NCBI GenBank assembly: GCA_024704765.1
Contig: JAKMXF010000313.1
Location: forward strand, 124,001 to 188,000
Reading direction: 5' to 3'
Source of the DNA: Oopsacas minuta
Lineage: Eukaryota > Animalia > Porifera
Length of the DNA stretch: 64,000 nt
Made by a program: the position numbers and the translations under genes. Numbering within the stretch: position 1 is the stretch's first letter; every line of letters starts with the position of its first letter. The notes below the pieces were generated by a model. That model ran no database searches, was not told the origin of the DNA, and saw only the letters and a list, made by a program, of their open reading frames with translations. Positions 48,570 to 60,792 of the stretch are shown here, one piece after another.

Positions 48570-49852
48570 GAAATGCTATCAATGCTAAACTTAATTCTTA
48601 GTTCTATTTTTAGTTAATGTTTGTATTATTTTTTATTTTCTTGACCATTGTGTGTTGAATTTTACCTTAAATTTATGTCAGGCTTGTTCCTGTATGTTGT
48701 CCGGATGTCTAACTACCTTCTGATTGTTGGATTCTGTCTTTGGAATCGATATTTACTTGCTGAATTGGAGTTTATAGGATTTGTTAAGAATCTTGCTTAC
48801 GTATAATTGATGTCGGCCATGATTCTTCCACCCTGTACCAGCTATGGTCGGCCAATGATAACTGGTTGAGGCATGTCATGGGATCCGGACCATTTAAAGC
48901 GTTACATTTCCTATTAACGAGGTTTCACTGTAATTGTGAAACATTTCATTACGCGACTTATTCATTATGCTGCTCTTTTTACTGTGCCGACTACTACTTA
49001 GTGTGCTAGTTGGGAAATTGTTGCTTATATCTTTTTTCTCCGTATCACCTCTATTGCCAAAAGTGTTATATGCTAGTCTAAGTATTTAAGAGATTCGTCG
49101 GATGGGCTTCTCCCCTTTTTGCTAGCCGATCGGACACCAAGAGCCACTATTTCACACCAGGGTCAAACTTTTGTCTGACCTCTAAAAATTTCACATCTTA
49201 CGAAAGAGAAAAACTTCTACACCTTTGTACTCTTCTAGAATTTATTTTGGTTGTAGTTTTTTTGCTAAAGGGAAATGAAAAATAGTCATTTTATAGCTAT
49301 GTCATCAGTGATATTCATATTGTTCTTTAATGTTAAATACACTCGAACCTCTCTCATCCGGACCTCTGATATACAGTCACCTCCCTCAACCGGGCCCCTA
49401 CCCGTCCCGGTTCTGCCAGATCATCAGACCGCCACTTCCCATTACATAATGAGATTTTGCCCTGGGTATGCAAATCCTGCGCATGTGCACCCGAGCTACG
49501 CCTCTGGTTGAATCGAATATTGAATCATTTTGTTGTAACCTTGTAATAACAAAACTTGAATACTCAATCATGTTCCAACAGATTCCACCCTACAGTCAAT
49601 CCCCCAAAGTTTGCACACCATTCAAAATAGAAAATATCTAAACCTTTGTACTCTTCTCATATTTTATATTGTTTATAGTTTTTTACAAATGTATATGAAA
49701 ATATTCATTTTATAGTACTTATTGTTTTTAATGTTAAATATTTATTTGTTAATTAAACAATTAATTCTGTTTAATATGAATTCATTGAAAATGTAAGCTT
49801 AACAATAGCTTTAATTATTTAAATTATATTTAACGATTTAAGTATAATATAT

Positions 49853-50190
49853 ACGAACCTTTGCTTCGTCGCTTCGAAATTAACTCGGAAGTATTTTGTA
49901 AGATCAACTCCATTTGTAGCCGTTGAGAGCAAGTATCTACGTAATTTTGAGATTTTGCTAATTTGTTTACTTTATATTCATAAAGGACAACAATAAATTT
50001 GCATATGATTAATCCAAAAGTGTGAAAATCGGATTCAGCATTTTCGATATATTTAGTGAAGTGTTATTGAATTGTATTTACTTCCTTGATAAACACGATA
50101 AATACATAGTTATGCGACATTTTCAAAATTGCATACCGTAAATCCTTTCTTTGACAACAGACAAACAACAATTGAGATTTTAAAATATAG
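49853..50190 (-). mobile_element. Helitron-like copy
   Basis: Reverse complement CTATATTTTAAAATCTCAATTG...GTTGTCAAGAAAGGATTTACGGTATGC...CGAAGCGACGAAGCAAAGGTTCGT. Confidence 0.75.
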
Positions 50191-51087
50191 TTTTTTGAGG
50201 CGTTTGCATTAGTCAAAATTTGACATGTTGTCATTAGTCCAAATTTAAAAACTCAATTCACCGTCTGTGCCACTCAAATTTTTACCAAATTTTTTTTAGT
50301 GGATTATGAAACTATATTATTCTACTAAATATCCATTTTAGCAAAGAAGAGATTTGAGTCTACACAATACAAATACATTACAGTGCTAATTAACTTACAA
50401 ACACTCCACAAGAACTAGTTTTATGCATTTATGCCTATTTGTAAAACACTACTTTCTGATTGGGCTAAAATACAGAGGTGTCAAAAGGTGTAAAACTATA
50501 CACATAGGAATTTTTTCAAATGTCAGGTGCACATCTAGATGTCACTACGAGTATATATATTTTTTGTAATATTGCTCCATTGCAATTTGCAATGTCAAAT
50601 TGTCAAGTTTATACTTCAGAATTGATATATGTACTTTAATTAAAAGGACCCGAAAATATCTTGATAGTGAACGATACAACCACATTGTAAACCCATATTA
50701 ATAACTTTTTAACAACTCTCTGAAAATATGGACTAAAACCAATTTTTAGTGCAGCTCCTATAGGGAGGTGCTCTAATGGCATGGACGATGTACGTAGTTC
50801 GTACGTAAAATATTTTTTCAATTCAAAAAGGTAATTTAATAGAAATGTATTTCCCTGATATTTAACGTTTTAATAATCGTAGAAGATTGGTATAAACAGT
50901 TAAATGAGAATAATTTAATACACTAATTCCGAATTCCGAATTCATACTCTTGAATTTGTACCGATCAAATCCCCATCCATTAGTCCCTTCTTTAATAATA
51001 TATTTAGTCAACCGATACTTTAATAAAATTGGACATTATATGGATATTCAATCCGAGCGGAGCGAGGAAAACTATATAATTACAACT

Positions 51088-51232
51088 TGTGCCAACAGCT
51101 TAGTCTATTAATTAAATTTGTTTAAAAAGTGGTAATATTAATTGGAGGCACTATGTGTATTGGAATTAAACCTAACCTTTCATAGTGCCACTTTTGAAAC
51201 AAATTTAATTAATAGACTAAGCTGTCGGCACA
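51088..51232. mobile_element. MITE with ~45-bp TIRs (TGT...ACA ends)
   Basis: TGTGCC(A/G)ACAGCTTAGTCTATTAATTAAATTTGTTT(A/C)AAAAGTGG on both ends, inverted. Confidence 0.8.
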
Positions 51233-51964
51233 TTTTGTAATTTTTTCACTGGCCCAAACTTAAACGACCATAACTCCGTTAGTTTAGAGGAAGCTATAGG
51301 TTCCAGAATAGGTTCAATCGATTTATTTGTTTATTTTCTATCCTTCTGTAGAATTCTAATAAAACTTCCTTTTTAAGTAGGGTTAACAACTTAATTTATG
51401 CGAAATACACAAGCTTGTGACCAAATTGTTGAAAATTTGTTATTTCAATTTCCTCTAAAATTGAGCGAAATAAAATTTGGAAGCATCCTCGCAAACATTA
51501 GGAAATTTTCTAGAATCGGATACCCGAGAATAGAAAAATTCAATAGTCTATCCAAATGTATATTTAGGCTATGTAAAATTAATTACTTGTTTCTCATCCG
51601 GAATTTCTTCGGAAACTGTCACGGCGGGCGGTATTTTATTTTTATAGGTCAGTTAATACATAAAATATTTTGACCCTTCGATTATCTCGCCACATTCTCT
51701 CTGGGCACTAAAAATATGGAATTTTTCAACTATATAACTAGTAAATGTGGATTGCACAGTCTGTGGCCAAAGAATTATCCATAATTTGGAAAAATTTAGA
51801 TAAAATCTTTCCGAACGGAGGATAAAATTTGGGGAGGGCGGGGATGAGAAACAAGTATATTACTTTACATGGCCTTATAGGGAATATGTGGGATTGATGA
51901 GGTGCTATGTTTATTTTGAATAGAGTCGAATTACCTTATTATAAATGATTAGATTATCAGTTAG

Positions 51965-52333
51965 ATGAACGATCCTACTAACATACCAAACAGCAAGCTA
52001 CTACATTGTGAACATGCTCGAGAACGGATCGTGTTCCAGGTCTCAGGACAGGTCGATGAGTTCGGCAGACTAGCCAAAGGAGTTGTGTCTGATTCTGGGA
52101 GCAGCGAGTTGATTATCAAATCAGCAAAGAAATTAGTTTCACGTGAAAGTTATATTGAGAAAACAGAATCTGATATAGCAGGATCTTGTGAAACTCTTAA
52201 CAAGCAACCTCTACAGTTGGAAACAATGTACCAACATTTAGTTGTTCTAGAAGAATCAAACAAGTTAATTAATGAAATAGTGTCATCTATAAAAGAAGGG
52301 CTAAATCTAACAAATTATTCTTCCATTTCTTGA
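51965..52333 (+). CDS. BORCS7: BLOC-1-related complex subunit 7 (BORC) (122 aa, intronless)
   Basis: LAKGVVSDSGSSELIIKSAKKLVSRESYIEKTESDI aligns by eye with human BORCS7 LTKQVLKGSRSSELLGQAARNMVLQEDAILHSEDSL. Coiled-coil C-terminus. Confidence 0.75.
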   Translation: MNDPTNIPNSKLLHCEHARERIVFQVSGQVDEFGRLAKGVVSDSGSSELIIKSAKKLVSRESYIEKTESDIAGSCETLNKQPLQLETMYQHLVVLEESNKLINEIVSSIKEGLNLTNYSSIS

Positions 52334-52614
52334 CTGAATTATTATCTGTACACTTCTCAGAATAAATTACTTATTTATATTGTATGATAGATAGGGCATA
52401 GTTAGGCTGAATTATACTTGCAAAAATTATTCCTCACACGAAAATCTTAAATACATGTTCTCTTACTCCATTTTGTCCCTTTATATGTGAATGTGATGCT
52501 TATTAAACACAGCACAACAAATATTTGAGTTATTCAGCTATTCAATCAGAGAGCATTACATATCAAAATTTCAACTATGAATACATAGGACATATCTAAT
52601 AATTGCATTGGGTA

Positions 52615-52828
52615 CATACTTGCCAACTGTCCCGTTTGTGGCGGGACGTCCCCGATTTTTGGAACATGTGTTGAGAGTCAATGAGGTTTATGTCCGGCCA
52701 CAACCTGCCCGAACCTTATTGGTCCTTTTTTGTAGTACAGTCTCTTACAAATATGCTAAGTCCCGCGATGTCCTGCTAGATTAGAACATTCCGTCCCGCT
52801 TTTTTCTTCACTCAGGTTGGCAAGCATT
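52615..52828. mobile_element. hAT-like MITE (CATACTTGCCAAC ends)
   Basis: CATACTTGCCAAC...GTTGGCAAGCAT, with internal GTCCCG repeats. No clear TSD. Confidence 0.55.
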
Positions 52829-53649
52829 GTAATTTTATAGATTATTAATTGAATATGAATTTAATTATTCTCCACTAATATCAGTAGAAGCTAAGCAAAT
52901 ACTACTTGCTTAGCTTCTACTGATATTCATACAATGGAAGAGATTCTTAATATTTGATCCGTATGTTAACTAGTTCATTAATGAAACCATATTATACAAA
53001 TATCATTTAGTCTCATTAGTGAGGATACATAAAGAATCAGCTGATATTCTATTATCTTTGAGTTTACTAAAATAAAGAGTCTACTAGCAATACTAGCCTT
53101 TATTTTTAGTGTGCTACCTACTACAACTAGTATTGTTTTATTTAAGTAATTTCCCTTACTACTACTTATGTATTTTAATTATTTTTGTCAGTGATCTTTT
53201 ATCTTTGAATACCCCTTAAACAAATTTTGAAATCTTCGCCTAGTTTTATTTTATAGGAACTCAGAGCTCAAGTCTGAAATGTTATTGAGTATTCAAGTGC
53301 ATCATTCATTTTTATTCGTGTAATACAATCTCAAGTTGATGAATATGGCCATACTGATTTTATTCCCGTTTATGCTGGATAAAAACAATATTCCCCGGTG
53401 TACTCACGAATATCTCTTGTAAATAATAAACAATATTTTGGGAAAATATCAGAGCTGTATACATAAATCAAGATACGTACATATAAATACGAGTGTGTGA
53501 CTTATTGTTACTCTACACTGAGTGTTGGCATTCCCAGTTTGATTGTTTGATTACCACTCACTTATTTATTTAATCTATTCCCTTGGATTATTTGCTTGAT
53601 AACTTAACTATTAATTAATTATTTTGTATAGATTACTCTTATTATATTT

Positions 53650-55941
53650 ATGGACCCATCACCACCACCTCCACTCCCTTTTCGGAATTCTAGAACAAAA
53701 TTATCTTCTGATAAGTTTCCTTACCCTAACCCGCCTCCCCTCCCTTCTCACTCTACTTCGTCTGATGTACCGATGTATTATTCCTCATGCGACATACAGA
53801 CTGACTTCCCACCAATCCCTCCTGCCCCTATTACTGAAATCGAAATAGCTCAGTATCATCAGAAGCACAATTCGAGGAGCTCTGTTGCTCTTTCGGGGAA
53901 AGATTCTCGATTACAATCAGCTGTAAACAATGTTACTGGGCCTCTCAGACTTGGAAAACATCCCAAAAAGAACAGAGAAGACTTCACACAATCTTGTAAG
54001 AATCCCCCTAATAATGAGGTGCAGATACTGTTTGGGGAAGATCAGATTACTTACTCATTCGAAGAGGACAGGCGTACCCCTCAGAAATCTCCCTGTAAGC
54101 AAGAGGTTTTGCCATATAAGAAACAGGATATAATTACAGAACCAATGATTTATCAAGCAGAAACACACAATACCTTATCTCCTTCAGCCAGTTCTCCTCA
54201 ACCACAATCCTCTCATAAATATTCTTCTACTCTTCAACAAGATGAATTTAATGTCTGCTCCCCGCCCAATGACCTGCTAGCCGCATGTCTGAACGAGCTG
54301 TCTACCCTTCAAGGGTTCTCTCCTAAACAATCAGAGACAGATTCTAATAGCAGTAATTTCAGCTTACAAGAATTGTCACAGCTAAAATCACCTTCTATGT
54401 CTAAAATAGAATCTAATTCTTCTCTTGACACCTCAATGAAGTGTGATGATCTCGGAATAGAAGATCTAGACGCTCTAATTGCAGATCTAGACGAGATGAC
54501 ACAAGCCATCCAAACAGATTCTGAGCCCAGTATTCTACCTTCAAATCCTCCTCCGATAATATCTCCTAAACCTATTCTTAAACCTGAGGTAGTCAGCTGT
54601 GAGGATAATGCAGCGAATTGCACACCAGAGTATGTCCAACCTTTCAATCAACCTTCTAATCTCTGTCAGACAGAAGCTGTACACTCTCCTGCGGCACAGA
54701 TTACCCAGTCAGTAGCTCTAGACTCCAAACAAGCTAAGATATCGTTAGCTTTATCCAAACTAAAGCGGGCTAATCAGAAGAGAGTAGTTCTTAAGATCTA
54801 CGACATTAACATGTCTTATAAAATGGTAGTTATTGACGAAAATATGATTTCACGATGTGTGTGTACTGTTATGGCTGAGAAAAATCATCAGACTCCTGGT
54901 CCTAATTGGTGTCTGGTCGAACTGCTCGGAGCACTGGGATTAGAAAGAACCATTGAAGATCACGAAAAGGTGCTTGATGTGCTCTCTCATTGGCCTAGAC
55001 AACACAACAATGTAATAATGTTCAAGAATATTTCTGACAAATATTTACTTTTGAAAAAACCTCAGTTATTTATGCCATCCATCCACCCATTAGCAAGTGA
55101 AAACGAGTCTAAATTTGATGATGCCACTCGTCGTAGAATTCTGATCAAAGAATTATTCTACGATAAAACTCTCCCTCCAATAGCTAATGTAGTTAATATT
55201 AAAATAGGCAAGAAAGGGTCATGGAGGAAAATATACTGTGTGCTACGTACATCTGGTCTCTATTATTCAAAGTCTAAAAGAGCTTCTACCAAAGACCTTG
55301 TTAATCTAGTTACTTGGAAGAATGTAGGATTATATAGAGGACAGAGATATGGAGAATTGTATAAGTCTCCTGAAAAATTCTGTTGCTCCCTGATTCCAGC
55401 GGGTCCTCTTGACCAAACCGAGAAATCCATAGTCCATCTATCTTTCTCCAATAAACAACGTTTGGATTCCTGGATAGCTTGCATTTCTCTTGCCAAATAT
55501 TCAATTCAATTATTCAATAATTACCTACAGAACTTTGAATTGTATCCATGGCTTGAAAATGGCGGAGAATTAACTAATCCTGAATCAGACCCAGCTGTCA
55601 CACCTCGGTCCCAAGAGTCAGCACTCACTAGTGAAGAAAAACAGATGCTGCATAATGAATTGCAGATGACTAGCTTAACTAACCCACTGATTGACTCATT
55701 AGATGTATTGGATGAAAAGAAATCCAAATTCAACCAAAGTTTTGACTCTGAAATGAGAGATTCAATAAAGAAGAGTTCTAAAATCGCTGCTACTTTCAGT
55801 AATGCCTGGGTTGCAGGAGATTCAACACTTCCACCTCGTACCGCCTCTATAGATCGTAGTGAGGATAATTCAATCGACAGACAACAACCGTTCTCTTACA
55901 CTCAAAGTATTCCTGCTCATTCCAAATTCACACTTGTTTAG
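53650..55941 (+). CDS. MRL-family adaptor (RIAM/APBB1IP-lamellipodin/RAPH1-like), RA + PH domains (763 aa, intronless)
   Basis: RA domain (VVLKIY...WCLVE...LERTIEDHEKVLDVLSHW), PH domain (GKKGSWRKIYCVLRTSGLYYS...W...ISLAKY), N-terminal DLDALIADL and Pro-rich motifs. No SH2, so not Grb7/10/14. Confidence 0.92.
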   Translation: MDPSPPPPLPFRNSRTKLSSDKFPYPNPPPLPSHSTSSDVPMYYSSCDIQTDFPPIPPAPITEIEIAQYHQKHNSRSSVALSGKDSRLQSAVNNVTGPLRLGKHPKKNREDFTQSCKNPPNNEVQILFGEDQITYSFEEDRRTPQKSPCKQEVLPYKKQDIITEPMIYQAETHNTLSPSASSPQPQSSHKYSSTLQQDEFNVCSPPNDLLAACLNELSTLQGFSPKQSETDSNSSNFSLQELSQLKSPSMSKIESNSSLDTSMKCDDLGIEDLDALIADLDEMTQAIQTDSEPSILPSNPPPIISPKPILKPEVVSCEDNAANCTPEYVQPFNQPSNLCQTEAVHSPAAQITQSVALDSKQAKISLALSKLKRANQKRVVLKIYDINMSYKMVVIDENMISRCVCTVMAEKNHQTPGPNWCLVELLGALGLERTIEDHEKVLDVLSHWPRQHNNVIMFKNISDKYLLLKKPQLFMPSIHPLASENESKFDDATRRRILIKELFYDKTLPPIANVVNIKIGKKGSWRKIYCVLRTSGLYYSKSKRASTKDLVNLVTWKNVGLYRGQRYGELYKSPEKFCCSLIPAGPLDQTEKSIVHLSFSNKQRLDSWIACISLAKYSIQLFNNYLQNFELYPWLENGGELTNPESDPAVTPRSQESALTSEEKQMLHNELQMTSLTNPLIDSLDVLDEKKSKFNQSFDSEMRDSIKKSSKIAATFSNAWVAGDSTLPPRTASIDRSEDNSIDRQQPFSYTQSIPAHSKFTLV

Positions 55942-56879
55942 ATTTAATTCTATCCGCATATTTCCTCTCCTTCATGCAGTAGTTAGAAGATATCTTTCAT
56001 TGCGTCACTTATTCTAATGAACACTAAAATATGTTATGTATTCTGTCACTTTCTCTGATAAATAAATAAGTTTTGTGTATGCTATGTTATGAATAAAAGT
56101 TGACTTGAAGATTATTTTATCTGATTTTGTTCTACCATATTTGCTAGGATACTGTGACCTACTTTATATGCAAGGTTACAACCGAATAGTTCAATTTTCG
56201 GCTACCAAACGAATATCAGTATTCAGTTAGGTTGCTATTCATGAATGCTGATATTCAGTTTGATCGGTTTAAACCTTGGTTATATGTATATAATGTTATC
56301 AATCAATACGTAATTACACTTTCTGGTTAAAAATGTATTATTTTCGATAATCAAATTGTAGTGTCCTTCTGAATAAGCCCGGTTTCTCGAACGAATTTCT
56401 ATTTCCCCTCTTGCTGACTTCTGTATCTAACATTAGTTATCTCGAACAGATCGTAGACAGATACTTGCATCTATACTGGATTATGATAATCACAATTTCT
56501 GCAAAAATTAACCCCGAGGTACGTAGAGCCGAGTATATCCCGTCGCGTAGCGACCCAAAATCACTGGCAAATGTAGCTATTTTATACTTATGCTAAAACA
56601 AGGGACATAAGTTCAAGGATACTTCTGCCCATCGCCCAGCGACCTAGCAAACGAACCGCGCTAGTATCCACAAAGTAACAATGCTCGTTACGTTACTGCC
56701 AGGAGGGGAATACCCTCCCTGATTGTTCCTCAGTCGGGGGTAAGACCTCCTAGCAAAACCAGGGGGCAAACCCTCCTAACACCCTTCCGCGGCTTTGCTA
56801 TACTGTATAGATTATCAAACATCTTCACTAAATCTGTTATGTTTTCGAAGACATAGAGTATTTGATATCTAGTTAGAAC

Positions 56880-58799
56880 ATGTCTGTAGCAACCAGAAAC
56901 CCTAGAGCACACATTAAGGTTTCTGATGGACGCTGTGGGACTCCGGATCCTAACCTCCGACTTCCGCTCCGGCCGCACTCTGAGTCAGAGAGCAAAGAGT
57001 CTGGATACAGCAGCAACCCAGAGAGTCAGTTCAACAATACTGACACCTCTTCTCAGAGCAAACAGTTGACGGTAAAACGCATACATAGTCGTGTCCGCTC
57101 TACTGGACACACACTTCTGCCTCGCTGTAACGACCTATCCACCAGCATGGCAGCAGATTATAAGATATTCCTACGTCTCAATCTTCCCTCGAACAGCTGT
57201 CCTTCCAATTACAAGAATAGGCCCTCCTCTCATCCAGTCCCTGTCCTCTCCCACGCAATCTCTGAGTGTAGCTACACACAAAGACTCCCTTCAACAGAGC
57301 CACACACCCCCACAGGATATCTGTCTCCAGGACCACCCAGCGACACTACATCTGTACCTCAACAAAAGGTAAAATCTATCCCAGCAACAGTAATAACTAA
57401 CACATTGGAAGAGCTAAGAGATGAATCTACTGACAGAGATAACTATTTGAGTGGATTCAGTTCTCTAGATGAAGAGAATCTGCATTTCTCTCTGTCAGAA
57501 GCTGTCCTGATATGTGTTGAAGAGTTGTTTGCTGAGTCCCACCAGAATCTGTGGGATGAAGCTGAGGGACCACTGGTAATTGAAGATGACGAGGTTGTAC
57601 AAGATATGAAGAGTATGCTATCTCTCTACCAGCGGATGCCTCACCTCTCTTTCTCAATCCCGTCCGCTATTCCTACCGAAATAGCTCCTTTCAGTGAATC
57701 TCCTCTCAGCTTAGATGAGAGACCAGTGACAAATTCTCCAATATCTGATTGCCACCTACCGAATGGGGCCAGAACTATCGGATCAAATTGGGACAGTCTC
57801 TCTCTCCAGCTGCCCTCTAGTTCTGCGGACCTTCTCTCTCAGACCATCCTAAAGCGTGCTGTCGTCAATAATGTTCTAGGATCTCTGGATTGGCTTGTAG
57901 ATCGTACAGAGGCGCCTCAAAGTCTCTTGCCGCTGCCACACCGTCTCCTCTCGGAGCACGCTTCATCTAAACCTTTCCCTTCCCCCAGAGCTCCTGTCCA
58001 CATCACTCACGGCTCTACTCGTCTCAGAGGCAACTATCAATGGGCGCCCCCTCGTCCTCAGATTCTATTCAGCATCCAGCCTACTCCATCTCTTGACCAA
58101 GCAATGCTGCAACAAAGCTTCTTGTGTGCAGGTTGTGGTATGCACATAGAACGGTCTTTCTACAAAAGTCTCAATCTATGTCATTACTATAACAAGTACT
58201 TTTGTCAGACCTGTATGGCTCAACGCCCTATTTGTATTCCTGCTTACATCCTCAATTCCTGGGATTTCAAACGATACTCTGTGTCCAGCATAGCTTCCAA
58301 TTTGCTTAATAGAATTGCTACAGAGCCGCTATTTAATGTTATTGTTATAAACCACGGATTGTATAAACGAGTTAAAACGCTGCATAAGGTCTATCTTAAG
58401 CGTTTCCAGCTATGCCACATGTTTCACTACATCCATTCTTGTAAGAAAGCTGGCAAGTTCGTGTCTATGTTCGATACTCATACGTACTGGGCTACAGACA
58501 TACATCTCTACTCTTTGGCAGATCTCTATCAGCTACGTGACGGTATGCTCCTACAGGCCCTGGACAGGCTTGCAGTGGATTGTCGTAATCATATAATTAA
58601 TTGTTTCAGTTGCAGAGGGAAGGGGTTTATCTGTGAGTACTGCAGACACTCAGAACCTGTCTTCCCTTTCGACCTGTTTACTGTTACTCGATGTAAAGAG
58701 TGTAGAGCTTGTTATCATTGCCGCTGCTACAACTACAACACCTGTCCTAAGTGTATCAGACTCCTGCATCGCTCCTCGGTTACTGAGCCTATCTCATAG
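56880..58799 (+). CDS. Rubicon/Pacer-family protein with C-terminal Rubicon-homology (Rab7-binding zinc) domain and no RUN domain (639 aa, intronless)
   Basis: EENLHFSLSEAVL, SLDWLVDRTEAPQSLLPLP, LRGNYQWAPPRPQILF, FLCAGCG, CHYYNKYFCQTC, WDFKRYSVS, CFSCRGKGFICEYC, CKECRACYHCRC, CPKC. Confidence 0.93.
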   Translation: MSVATRNPRAHIKVSDGRCGTPDPNLRLPLRPHSESESKESGYSSNPESQFNNTDTSSQSKQLTVKRIHSRVRSTGHTLLPRCNDLSTSMAADYKIFLRLNLPSNSCPSNYKNRPSSHPVPVLSHAISECSYTQRLPSTEPHTPTGYLSPGPPSDTTSVPQQKVKSIPATVITNTLEELRDESTDRDNYLSGFSSLDEENLHFSLSEAVLICVEELFAESHQNLWDEAEGPLVIEDDEVVQDMKSMLSLYQRMPHLSFSIPSAIPTEIAPFSESPLSLDERPVTNSPISDCHLPNGARTIGSNWDSLSLQLPSSSADLLSQTILKRAVVNNVLGSLDWLVDRTEAPQSLLPLPHRLLSEHASSKPFPSPRAPVHITHGSTRLRGNYQWAPPRPQILFSIQPTPSLDQAMLQQSFLCAGCGMHIERSFYKSLNLCHYYNKYFCQTCMAQRPICIPAYILNSWDFKRYSVSSIASNLLNRIATEPLFNVIVINHGLYKRVKTLHKVYLKRFQLCHMFHYIHSCKKAGKFVSMFDTHTYWATDIHLYSLADLYQLRDGMLLQALDRLAVDCRNHIINCFSCRGKGFICEYCRHSEPVFPFDLFTVTRCKECRACYHCRCYNYNTCPKCIRLLHRSSVTEPIS

Positions 58800-60259
58800 C
58801 AGTAGTTTTATACGAACTCTATTGAAGAAATTGTTGTACAATTTATGTGTAGTAATTATTAGTTCTCATCTGTATACAGTTTTATTTATGTTGGGACTAA
58901 TGCTTAGTAAATTTATTGTCTAATACAAGTATATATTTTATAATCAAATTATGATGATTAGGTTAAAACACACAATCTATACTATTGAAATTATCATATT
59001 TCTGATGCTTGCAAAAATCATTTATTTGATCTTCTAATTGACATATTTCTAATGCCTGAATTTTTGATTCCTGTTGATAAATATACGTAGAATATTATTT
59101 TCCATTCCGGAAGTTAATGTAGAGAGAGGCCAGTCATCTTAGTGGCTGATGTAGGCAAGACCAACTCAAAATTTGTCATAATAGATAGGGTTAGGGGCGT
59201 AGCCATGTTGGCGCCACCTACTATTTAATACAGTCAGCTTTGTTTATGGACATTCAAGGTACCGAAAATTTAATTAGCAATAGACTTGGGTGGTAAAACC
59301 CAAAATGGCTCCACCTCACTTCCGGATTCTATCTCGGGAGGTTTATTGATATCCATTAAACCCGGCTGACTATATCTCATTATATTCATCCTAGTTATGA
59401 TCTACTACGTATTTAATTTAAGATGTTTATTTCTAGGCAATTACCCACAGCCCCCAACCCAAATAAGTCACCCGTAAAACAAAGTTCACATCCAACTCTG
59501 AACCCGTTTATGTTCAGATCTATATGCAAGATGATAACATTATAATAATCATTAAGTTTGAACCCTTTGATACGTTATTTATCGTATTGCTGTATCAGTG
59601 TTTTCCCCAAAGAAGTTAAATGACGCAATTTTGGGCTTCCATCATTCACCGAACGGAACTGACAAGTTTCTGTTGAAGAAATTTCAAATTTATCGTTTGT
59701 GCACATTTCTTGTGTATCACAGAATTATGACGTTTGTCAAGCATTTGTTATCAACTTTTACGTTGGTGTGGTAATCAATATTCTTAATTTTTGGTAGCGA
59801 AATCTATAAAGTTTCTAATAATACCTCATGAACAACTTTTTCATTCTATTCGCGATTTCCAAAGAAGATCGATATTAGAGAGGGAAAGTTTCTAGGTGGA
59901 ATTGCTTTAATGTTGTACAAATGGTTCAACGTGAAATGTCATAACAAATGCTTGACAACTCTTGTTCTACACTATTCTGTGATTTCAAGGTTAACTATGT
60001 GTCAAGCGACTAATGTGAAATTTCTTCAAGAAAAACATGTCCGTTTCGTAAATGAGGAAAGCCAGCAATTTACCAATCTAGGCGCGTTAAGATGTGGATT
60101 ATATGGGGATTAAGGAGTAATCCGGCATATGCTTCATACTTCAAAGCCAGCTCTCAAGCCAAATTATAAGCCCTTCACAAATGTGCTGTGGGAATAGGGA
60201 AACATTGTATAGTGATTACCATTTCCCCAAGCAAAACGAGAACTTATGTACTAGTTTAA

Positions 60260-60784
60260 TCTATATGATTAAATCTCAATTGTTGTCTGTCTGTTTGTCT
60301 GTTTGTTTATTCATTGTCAAGGAAAGTATTTACGGTATGCAATTTTGAAATTGTCGCATGACTATGTATTTACCGCGAATATCAAGGAAGTAAATAGAAT
60401 TCAATAAACTTCACTAAATATATCGGACATGCTGAATCCGATTTTCACACTTTTGGATTGATCATATGTAAATTTATTGTTGTTCTTATGAATTTAAAGT
60501 ATAAAAATTTGCCAAATCTCAAAATGTACATACAGGCGTGCTCTAAACGGCTACACAAAATCTCAAAATTTACGTAGGTATTTGCCCTCAACGGCTACAA
60601 GGGAGTTGATTTTACAAAATAATTCAATGACACATGCCATATACGTATATTTGTGAATTACATTGTTTGTTATATATATATATTATAATACTCAAAGGGG
60701 CCGTCAATTTGGAGAATAATGGATACCTCGAGGGTCGAGGCGCAATACGCCAAGTTCATCGCGAACCGACGAGCCAAAGCCTCA
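60260..60784 (+). mobile_element. Full-length Helitron-like copy
   Basis: A|TCTATATGATTAAATCTCAATTG...GCGAACCGACGAGCCAAAGCCTCA|T. Confidence 0.82.
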
Positions 60785-60792
60785 TAAATAAA

